Below are positions 57,028 through 64,000 of a DNA stretch of 64,000 nt, piece after piece. Both the position numbers and the translations under genes were made by a program. The DNA comes from Candidatus Woesearchaeota archaeon. GTDB taxonomy: Archaea; Nanobdellota; Nanobdellia; Woesearchaeales; SKIA01. A model generated the notes under the pieces. That model ran no database searches, had not been told where the DNA came from, and was given only the letters and a program-made list of their open reading frames with translations. Positions within the stretch are counted from its first letter, which is position 1; each line of letters begins with the position of its first letter. The DNA is taken from positions 32,001 to 96,000 of the forward strand of contig JBJKRI010000008.1 of assembly GCA_046704725.1 (NCBI GenBank), in the 5' to 3' direction.

Positions 57028-58275
57028 ATGGCGCTCTCGGCACTCCCCATCATCACGGACCTGTCGGTGCTGTTGCTCTTGGGGATACTCGGCACGTTGC
57101 TCGCGAGGAAACTGAAGATCAGCAACGTGCTCATCCTGCTCGTCGGGGGCTTTGTCATCAGCAAGATCGCGCTCGCCCTCGGGCACGCGGACCTGTTCAG
57201 CCTGCCGGAGATATTCCTCGTGTCATTGGCCATCATCACGCTGGCCGTCGTCGTGTTCGAGGGTACGAGCAGGTTGTCGTACCGTCAGCTCGACACGTTC
57301 TCTGTCCCTGCATTGACGCTCACGCTGTGGCAGATGCTCTTCGTAGCGGTCGCCGTCGGCCTTGCGGCGTACCTGGTCTTCTTCAGCGGCGTCCCGCACG
57401 GCATCATCTTGTCGCTCATCCTCGCGGTCGCCGTGGCCGGAACGGACCCGAGCAGCGTGCTTATCATGGTGCGCGACGCGACGGGAAAGGTGGTGCAATT
57501 GCTCACGCTCGAGGCCATCATCAACACGCCCGTCATGGTATTGATCCCGTTCATCTTGCTCGACACGCTGACGGCGAGCTTCAATCCCGCGCAATTGCTG
57601 GACATCCTCCAGCAGATCATCGTGGGCATCGGGACGGGAGTGGTGCTGGGCATCATCGTGTCCAAGGCGTTGCGCCGCTTCTACGCGCAGAACATCAATC
57701 CGGTCGCGGTCATCGCCGCCACCTTATTGTCGTACATCCTCGCCGAGAACCTGCACGGCAGCGGCGTGCTCGCCGTAGCGACGTTCGGCGTCCTGTTCGG
57801 GAACTTCACCATCAAGCGAAAGGAAGAGCTGCAGGACTTCAGCTTCGCGTTCAGCAACGTCCTCGAGCTGCTGATCTTCGTACTCATCGGCATCATCATC
57901 GGCAAGGACTATCCCCTCACGTTCGGTTTCTTCCTGCAGACATTCGCTGTATTCGTCGCCCTTGTCGGCGCACGCGCGGTCGCGGTGTACCTGACCTTCA
58001 GGAAGCAGTACGACGCCAAGGAGATGCTGTTCGCCGCCCTCACCGCGCCGAAGGGATTGGCCGTCGCAGTGCTGATCTTCACGTTCGCCTTGTACTCGCA
58101 GATCCCCGCGGACATGCTCTACGTCCTGTTCGCCATCACCGTCTATAGCATATTGCTCGCGACGGTGACGGGCGTGTGGTGGGCGAGGGAGCAGTCGAAG
58201 CGCATCGCCCAAAAAGAACAAGAAGCCATACGCAAACCCGTGAAACGCAATGAACCAAGAGCGGATACTGCTTGA
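57028..58275 (+). CDS. CPA1 (NhaP-like) cation:proton antiporter
   Basis: About 12 TM helices; GTDP, LEAIINTP, SGVLAVA, PKGLA. Confidence 0.85.
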   Translation: MALSALPIITDLSVLLLLGILGTLLARKLKISNVLILLVGGFVISKIALALGHADLFSLPEIFLVSLAIITLAVVVFEGTSRLSYRQLDTFSVPALTLTLWQMLFVAVAVGLAAYLVFFSGVPHGIILSLILAVAVAGTDPSSVLIMVRDATGKVVQLLTLEAIINTPVMVLIPFILLDTLTASFNPAQLLDILQQIIVGIGTGVVLGIIVSKALRRFYAQNINPVAVIAATLLSYILAENLHGSGVLAVATFGVLFGNFTIKRKEELQDFSFAFSNVLELLIFVLIGIIIGKDYPLTFGFFLQTFAVFVALVGARAVAVYLTFRKQYDAKEMLFAALTAPKGLAVAVLIFTFALYSQIPADMLYVLFAITVYSILLATVTGVWWAREQSKRIAQKEQEAIRKPVKRNEPRADTA

Positions 58276-58639
58276 TACGAACGTGCTGCTCGCCGTGGCG
58301 GACGGCTTCGACCTGTTCGGAGAGCTCCGCACGCACTATCCCCACAAGACGCCGAGCATCATGGAGGGAACACTGGGGGAGCTCGAGAAGCTCTCGACCA
58401 CGGGAACGGGCGCCCAGAAGGCCGCTGCGCGCCTCGCGCTGTCGCTGGTCCGGGAAGAACATTTAAATATGGTCCCCCACTCCGCCAATCACGTCGACAC
58501 CGCCCTGCTCGAAGAAGCGCAGGCCTCCGGGGCCCCGATCGTCACGATCGACAAGGAGCTCTTGGGGCGCGCCCGGGAAGCGGGGGTCGAGGCGTTGACT
58601 GTCAGGCAGCGCAGGCGCATCTCGCCGGCTGGACCCTGA
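58250..58639 (+). CDS. PIN domain protein (Fcf1/Utp24-like)
   Basis: ILLDTNVL, VDTALL, VTIDKEL; conserved position before rpo7. Confidence 0.85.
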   Translation: MNQERILLDTNVLLAVADGFDLFGELRTHYPHKTPSIMEGTLGELEKLSTTGTGAQKAAARLALSLVREEHLNMVPHSANHVDTALLEEAQASGAPIVTIDKELLGRAREAGVEALTVRQRRRISPAGP

Positions 58640-58651
58640 GAAGGAGGCAAC

Positions 58652-59191
58652 ATGTATTACACCATCAAAGTCAAGGATCACATCCGCGTCCCGCCGAACA
58701 TGTTCGGCGAGGACCTGTCCGCAGCGATCACCAAGCAGATCCGCAGCAAATATGACGGCTTCATCAGCAAGACCGTCGGCATCGTCGTGGGCGTGGGAGG
58801 CGTCGAGGACATCGGCGAGGGCATCGTCATCCCCGGTGACGGCGCGTCGTACTACGAGACGACGTTCTCCTTGCTGTCGTTCCGCCCCGAGCTGCAGGAG
58901 GTCGTCGAAGGGGTCATCAAGGATATCGCCGACTTCGGCGCGTTCATCACGCTCGGACCCGTGGACGGGATGATCCACATCAGCCAAGCCATGAACGACT
59001 TCGTGAGCTTCACGAAGGACAAGACGCTCCAAGGGAAGGATTCCGGACGCGTCCTGAAGGTGGGCGACGCCTGCCGCGCACGCATAATCGCCGTCTCCTA
59101 CAAGGATGTCACCAATCCGAAGATCGGATTGACCATGCGACAGGAGGGGCTGGGGAAACTGGAATGGATATCGGAGGACCTCAAAGAATGA
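58652..59191 (+). CDS. rpo7: RNA polymerase subunit Rpo7 (E')
   Basis: IRVPP, GDGASY, FGAFITLGPVDGMIHISQ, KIGLTMRQ.GLGK.EW. Confidence 0.96.
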   Translation: MYYTIKVKDHIRVPPNMFGEDLSAAITKQIRSKYDGFISKTVGIVVGVGGVEDIGEGIVIPGDGASYYETTFSLLSFRPELQEVVEGVIKDIADFGAFITLGPVDGMIHISQAMNDFVSFTKDKTLQGKDSGRVLKVGDACRARIIAVSYKDVTNPKIGLTMRQEGLGKLEWISEDLKE

Positions 59192-59562
59192 TCACACCGG
59201 ACGAGTACATGTCGAGCCCTGTCATCACCTCGAAGCCCGAGGACACCGTCGAAGCATTGAGCAAGCTGATGGACCTCAACAACATCGGCAGCATCGTCAT
59301 CGTAGTGGATGGCCGCATCGCCGGCATCGTGACAGAGCGCGACCTGGTCCGGAAGGTCCTCTCGAAGAACAAGGAACCGGCCGACGTGCTCGCGAAGGAC
59401 GTCATGACCAAGACCGTGCACACCGTCGCCAAGGACGCGACGCTCATGGAGGTCGCCGCGCTCATGAAGAAGCACACCATGCGCCGACTGGTCGTGGTGG
59501 ACGCCGAGCAACCGGTCGGCATCATCACCAGCCGGGATATCATCAGTCTCCTCGTGGAATAA
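59188..59562 (+). CDS. Stand-alone CBS-pair protein
   Basis: MSSPVIT...GIVTERD...VMT...GIITSRD; ATGA-coupled to rpo7. Confidence 0.9.
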   Translation: MITPDEYMSSPVITSKPEDTVEALSKLMDLNNIGSIVIVVDGRIAGIVTERDLVRKVLSKNKEPADVLAKDVMTKTVHTVAKDATLMEVAALMKKHTMRRLVVVDAEQPVGIITSRDIISLLVE

Positions 59563-59563
59563 C

Positions 59564-59752
59564 ATGGCAAAAACAAAAGTCTGTAAGAAATGCAAGATCT
59601 TCGTGGAGGGCGACCTCTGCCCGATCTGCAAGAAGGACTCCTTCACCACGAACTGGCAGGGACGCATCTACTTCCTGGATGTCAAGCGCTCGAAGATCGC
59701 CCAAGAGATGGGCATCGAGCACAAGGGAGAATACGCGATAAAGACGAGGTAA
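59564..59752 (+). CDS. spt4: Transcription elongation factor Spt4 (RpoE'')
   Basis: CKKC...CPIC...WQG...SKIA...GEYAIK. Confidence 0.92.
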   Translation: MAKTKVCKKCKIFVEGDLCPICKKDSFTTNWQGRIYFLDVKRSKIAQEMGIEHKGEYAIKTR

Positions 59753-59754
59753 GA

Positions 59755-60210
59755 ATGGAGATCACCGTACTCAACGAATTGACGCGACCGCTGCTGAAGC
59801 GGCGCGAAGTCACCGTCCGCGTGCATTTCGACTCGCACACGCCGAGCCGGCAGCAGCTCGCGGACGCGCTCAGCGACAAGCTCAAGTGCCCGCGCGAACT
59901 GCTCATCGTGCGACAGATAAAGACTGCCTTCGGCGACACCGCCGCGCGCGTCGTGTGCTACTGCTACTCGGACGCGGCCACGCTCAAGGAGATCGAGCGC
60001 GACAACATGCAGGAGAAGCACAAGAAGCAGGCGCCCCCTCCGGAGGAAAAGCCCGCTGAAGCTTCCGCCGAGAAGGCAGAACCGGAGTCGCCGAAAGAAG
60101 AGGCGGCCGAGGAGCCAAAGACCGAAGCCAAGCCTGAAGAGTCCACAGATGGAGAGCCTTCGAAGGACGCGGCGGCGGAGAAGCCGGAAACCCCGGCAGA
60201 GGAGAAGTGA
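59755..60210 (+). CDS. rps24e: 30S ribosomal protein S24e with an acidic Pro/Glu/Ala/Lys-rich tail
   Basis: [18 protein letters not shown]; position after spt4. Confidence 0.9.
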   Translation: MEITVLNELTRPLLKRREVTVRVHFDSHTPSRQQLADALSDKLKCPRELLIVRQIKTAFGDTAARVVCYCYSDAATLKEIERDNMQEKHKKQAPPPEEKPAEASAEKAEPESPKEEAAEEPKTEAKPEESTDGEPSKDAAAEKPETPAEEK

Positions 60211-60365
60211 TGGCATACAAGGATTCCTACAAGGTCGAGGGCGGGAAAGTGACTCGCAACAAGAGCTGCCCGAAGTGCGGCAACGGCGTGCTCCTCGCCG
60301 AGCACAAGGACCGGCGCACGTGCGGCCGCTGCGGCTACGTCGAATACAAGAAAGAATCCGCTTAG
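60210..60365 (+). CDS. rps27ae: 30S ribosomal protein S27ae (eS31)
   Basis: Manual translation [51 protein letters not shown]; absent from the ORF track. Confidence 0.93.
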   Translation: MAYKDSYKVEGGKVTRNKSCPKCGNGVLLAEHKDRRTCGRCGYVEYKKESA

Positions 60366-60428
60366 ACCCCGCGTTTTTCCGGAAACCGTTCCGGAGCGCT
60401 TTAGTTGTGCAGAACGCACGAGTATCGC

Positions 60429-61136
60429 ATGGGCCTTTCCGATATCATCGATCGCTTGTCGCGCACGCTCGACCGACGCTTCATCCCAAACCAGAGGAAG
60501 CACGCCGACCTCTACGTGCAGGCGACACCGCTCGAACGGCAACGATACAGGCAGACACGGACGGACCGGGAACGGCTCGACGACATCGCGACGCGGCTCA
60601 AGTACAGAGCGACCACGCACAAGAGCGAGGACCTCGAACGGGCGATACGAGCCATCGACACGCAACGCGAGCGCTACCGCACCATCGGAGACACGACGAT
60701 CCTCGACCTGCTCACGACGAAGGGGACGACGTACGCGAAGCGCTTCGAACGCATCGAGCGGCATCTCGAGACGCACGAGGCGACGTACGACGACCTCGCC
60801 CTCGCACGCGCATACCTCCAGAACAATAGCTACCTGCGGCGGATGCGTCATGACGACGGATTCGTGCAGCGGCAGGAGCGGCTGGAAGGGCTTCTGGACA
60901 AGAAGCTCGCGCGTGTCGCGCGCAGTGACCCGGGACGTCGCTGGTACAGTCCAGCCCTCCGGAAGGCGAGAGCGCTGTTCGCACACGATCCGCCCAAGCA
61001 GAAGATGGAAGCGGAACGGCCGTACCGGCTCGTCGGCAAGCGGACCGCGTACCTGGCCAAGGCCGCCGCCGTGGCGGGGATCGTCGCCGGAACCCTCGCT
61101 GCGATACCGATACCGGTGTATCTCGCGCTGTTGTGA
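60429..61136 (+). CDS. Hypothetical Arg-rich helical protein with C-terminal TM
   Basis: ORF with a C-terminal hydrophobic tail. Confidence 0.6.
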   Translation: MGLSDIIDRLSRTLDRRFIPNQRKHADLYVQATPLERQRYRQTRTDRERLDDIATRLKYRATTHKSEDLERAIRAIDTQRERYRTIGDTTILDLLTTKGTTYAKRFERIERHLETHEATYDDLALARAYLQNNSYLRRMRHDDGFVQRQERLEGLLDKKLARVARSDPGRRWYSPALRKARALFAHDPPKQKMEAERPYRLVGKRTAYLAKAAAVAGIVAGTLAAIPIPVYLALL

Positions 61137-61190
61137 GCACTCGCGAGGGGGAGTGCAATATCTATAAAGCGCAGTCCTCGGAAAGTGCGT

Positions 61191-62300
61191 ATGCGCGCAC
61201 GCACCGCTCTGATGGTCCTGCTCGCGCTCGGGGCGCTCGCGCTCCAGGTGCAGCCGGCGACACAGACCGTGAACGGCGGCATCGGCACGTCGTTCAACCA
61301 GGTCTTCACGGTCGTCAACAACGAGCCGCGGCCGCTCACGATAACCATCGAGCCGGACCCGTACTCATTGTACCTGTCCGGGGCGGCGACGCTGAGCGAG
61401 CAGTCCTTCGTGCTCAAACCGCAAGAGAGCCAGAACGTCCAGGTCCGGGGAGTGGTCCCGACGCTCGGACCCGAGGTGCACAAGCTCATCTATCACGTGC
61501 GCAGCGACGCGGGCGACGACCAGACCTTCACCGTGCGCATCCCCATCGCGGGCACGCCCGTATTGCAGCCGAAGGTCACCGTCACCACGAACGACGTGGT
61601 CGCGTCCCAAGCGGTGGAGGCAAAAGCCACGCTCTTCAACTTCGGGAACGTCATCGCATACTACAACCTCACGCTCACGGTCAAGGACCAGAGCGGCGTA
61701 TTGGGGACCGTGCGGTATCCGCGTGCGGTACAGGTCCTTCCTGGCGACCAGAAGGACATCACGCTCTTGTACACTGATGCGCTTGACCCGGGCAACTACG
61801 TGCTGCGCGTGGACGGCGAGGTGAACGGCGTACAGAACGTGTCGGACACCGCACCCTTCCGCGTGATCCTCGCCGACCAGAACAAGAGCGTCAGCGTCGG
61901 ATCCGACCTGATCCTGCACATCAAGCGCTACCAGAACACCACGACGGTCGCGTACACGATCTCGCAGGGCAGCGACGTGCTCATACAGGACACGATCGTC
62001 TCCGATTCGGACACGCTCACCATCCCGACGCACTCGCTCTCGCCCGGGGACTATCAGGTCACCGTGCGCGTGATCCACGGCGGGGGGGCGGACACGACGC
62101 GGATCGGTCTTGCCGTGCACCAGAAATCGCCGTTCAACGCCTGGTACGTGCTCATCGTCGTGGCGATCGGGATTATCGGATCGCTCTTCACAAGCCCTGT
62201 GCGCCTGCGCGTCCGCATCCTCCTATTGTACTGGCGCATCGGCCGTAGGGAAAAGCAATTAAACCGCTTGCTCGCACGAGCGCATGCATTATCACGATGA
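61191..62300 (+). CDS. Secreted multi-Ig protein with C-terminal TM (similar architecture to 4529 and 7065)
   Basis: Signal peptide ending ALQVQP, NFGNV, LDPGNY, LSPGDY, TM plus basic tail; TATAAAG upstream. Confidence 0.75.
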   Translation: MRARTALMVLLALGALALQVQPATQTVNGGIGTSFNQVFTVVNNEPRPLTITIEPDPYSLYLSGAATLSEQSFVLKPQESQNVQVRGVVPTLGPEVHKLIYHVRSDAGDDQTFTVRIPIAGTPVLQPKVTVTTNDVVASQAVEAKATLFNFGNVIAYYNLTLTVKDQSGVLGTVRYPRAVQVLPGDQKDITLLYTDALDPGNYVLRVDGEVNGVQNVSDTAPFRVILADQNKSVSVGSDLILHIKRYQNTTTVAYTISQGSDVLIQDTIVSDSDTLTIPTHSLSPGDYQVTVRVIHGGGADTTRIGLAVHQKSPFNAWYVLIVVAIGIIGSLFTSPVRLRVRILLLYWRIGRREKQLNRLLARAHALSR

Positions 62301-62413
62301 CCCCTGAACAACATATCTCCGCCCTCGAGGAGCGCCTCGCCCGCATAGAGGAGCATATGCATGTCCTCGAGGAATATCTGCACCATTACGAGCAGCAGCG
62401 GGAGAAGCAATAG
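62297..62413 (+). CDS. 38-aa coiled-coil small protein
   Basis: MTPEQHISALEERLARIEEHMHVLEEYLHHYEQQREKQ; ATGA overlap with the upstream gene. Confidence 0.55.
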   Translation: MTPEQHISALEERLARIEEHMHVLEEYLHHYEQQREKQ

Positions 62414-62450
62414 TTTTATATAGTGGTTTTTTGAAGAAAGGGGTACAGAA

Positions 62451-64000
62451 ATGTATACTGACACAGTGACTGGCACGTTTCGTCGGCTGTTTCTCGTATT
62501 AGTGATATGTGTCGTGCTCGCAGGAGCCGCGACAGCATTGAACACACGGCTCAACATCACCATCAAGGAAACGGTCAACCAGAACGTCACGTACGCCAAG
62601 AACTTCAATCTCGTCGAGAACAGGACCTATGCGGTCATCGAGGGCGTCATCACCTTCACGAACCCCGGCAACGAGACGATTTACGACATCAATTCGCGGC
62701 TGAACAACGTCTCGAACCTCGCAACGAACTTCGTCAACACGGGCGGACGCCCTGGCTACGAGGTCGTCTTCCCGCACGTCAACGATTCCGTGCAGAACAT
62801 CACCGGGAACATCACGACCAGCTGGAAGAGCCTGGGCATGGACCTCGACGAGGACGGCACCAACGACACCGTCCGACTGGTCAATAATACCATCCAGTTC
62901 AATCTCTCCAGCCAATACGACCTGTACACGATCAACCTCTCGAACTCGACGAACGCATCGATCAACATTAGCAACGTCCCTGTGGCGCTGAACATGAACT
63001 TCAACCTCACGAGCATCACGCACACCGGGGAGTACAACGACAACGTCACCTTCGCGTACGTGACGATCAACGGCACGGAGACCACGGCGGGACAGCTCAC
63101 GCTCGGCAGCCAGATCACCATGACGGTCAACAACACCGCCCGCAACTACTCCATCCTGCACATCCCCGAGCTCCGGCCCGGCCAGGACACGATTTTCAAC
63201 TACAACGTGAGCTCATTGCTCGTCAACCCGCCGCTCGACATCAACAGCAGCTACACGAATCCCGAATTCCAGACGAAAGTGCTCGCCGGACAGCGCTTCT
63301 GGGTGCGATTGACGGCAGGGAACATCGAGAACGTCGGCACGCTCGAGAACGTGAACGTGACGCTCGCCGCGCAGAGCGTCAACGTCTCGAACGCGAGCTC
63401 ATCCGAACTGTTCAACTTCACGCTGCACAACCTGTCGACGAACTCCAGCATCAGCGACGACTATCAATGGGTCGACAACACCACGAACAGGACCTGGTAC
63501 TGGACGGTGAACAACGGCTCGATCGCCATCGGGCACGAGTACAACATCAGCTTCCAGATACAGGCGCCGGACACGGTCTCGTCGAGCGGAACGTACCTCG
63601 CCCTGCTGCAGACGCTGCAGTACCGCATCAACACCACGGCCTCCACGCTCGGCGTGAGCAACGTGCGCGCGCACGCAGCCGTCATCTTCAACACCTCCAA
63701 GCGTATCGTCAGCCCCCAGGACAATCTCAGCAACCATAACGTGACCTGGGAGAGCATCCCCCGCGTGGGAACAAACGATAATATCACCTTCTCGCTGGAG
63801 AAGGTCAGCGTCTGGGTCACCAACACGCTCGACCCCAACCAGCCGACGAACATCAGCAAGAACTACACGCCCGGAACGACGATCAATGCTTCCACGTTGT
63901 GGACCGGAGCGGCCTGGCTGTTCAACTACACGGACGGCTCGAGCGACGCGAACCCGCCGCCGATCGTCTGGGTCAAGCCGTACTGGATCATCAAGAACAC
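62451..64000 (+). CDS. Large secreted surface glycoprotein, 3'-truncated by the window edge
   Basis: ATG 62451 (MYTDTVTGTFRRLFLVLVICVVLAGAATALN...) after TTTTATATAG; the frame appears open to the window end (...FNYTDGSSDANPPPIVWVKPYW); dense N-x-S/T sequons; absent from the ORF track. Confidence 0.8.
   Translation, partial: MYTDTVTGTFRRLFLVLVICVVLAGAATALNTRLNITIKETVNQNVTYAKNFNLVENRTYAVIEGVITFTNPGNETIYDINSRLNNVSNLATNFVNTGGRPGYEVVFPHVNDSVQNITGNITTSWKSLGMDLDEDGTNDTVRLVNNTIQFNLSSQYDLYTINLSNSTNASINISNVPVALNMNFNLTSITHTGEYNDNVTFAYVTINGTETTAGQLTLGSQITMTVNNTARNYSILHIPELRPGQDTIFNYNVSSLLVNPPLDINSSYTNPEFQTKVLAGQRFWVRLTAGNIENVGTLENVNVTLAAQSVNVSNASSSELFNFTLHNLSTNSSISDDYQWVDNTTNRTWYWTVNNGSIAIGHEYNISFQIQAPDTVSSSGTYLALLQTLQYRINTTASTLGVSNVRAHAAVIFNTSKRIVSPQDNLSNHNVTWESIPRVGTNDNITFSLEKVSVWVTNTLDPNQPTNISKNYTPGTTINASTLWTGAAWLFNYTDGSSDANPPPIVWVKPYWIIKN

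Noticed and set aside
60370-60400. TTCCGGAA-ACCG-TTCCGGAG hairpin after rps27ae
   Set aside because: Short, and best explained as an ordinary operon-end structure; nothing supports a separate element.
30-63859. Many long alternative-frame and antisense ORFs (e.g. 40178-42259 +, 33766-35418 +, 52793-54379 +, 48815-50320 +)
   Set aside because: They are shadow ORFs of high-GC3 genes: Arg/His/Val-rich with no motifs, and they overlap well-supported CDSs.

Overview
GC-rich archaeal chromosomal window. The gene set (GatD/GatE, CarS, CDC48, NMD3, TFS, archaeal CCA enzyme, Rpo7-Spt4-eS24-eS31, intron-containing tRNAs, TATA boxes just upstream of start codons) and the style of the surface proteins suggest a DPANN archaeon, probably Woesearchaeota-like; the taxonomy is inferred. 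Positions 1-19 kb hold a large cell-surface locus: a giant LamG/DUF2341 glycoprotein, small pilin/WxL-like subunits, three-Ig-domain membrane anchors, two cadherin-like giants each translationally coupled to small putative regulators, and a MoxR-DUF58-vWA operon. Positions 19-61 kb are mostly housekeeping genes mixed with orphans, and a second surface locus starts at about 61 kb. I found no CRISPR array, rRNA, integrase or transposase. The best leads are: (i) a possible archaeal csc/WxL-like or donor-strand filament assembly system; (ii) a ChlI-like ATPase and vWA gene pair that would be joined by a +1 shift at GGG-TAA through an acidic linker (candidate programmed frameshift); (iii) a LAGLIDADG gene whose stop codon lies inside a tRNA-Arg(CCU) that has a non-canonical 28/29 intron; (iv) an MltD-like lytic transglycosylase in an archaeon; (v) a DAC-fold protein with altered catalytic motifs; (vi) several small ORFs and a candidate structured RNA missed by the ORF track. 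All family assignments come from reading motifs by eye, not from database searches.
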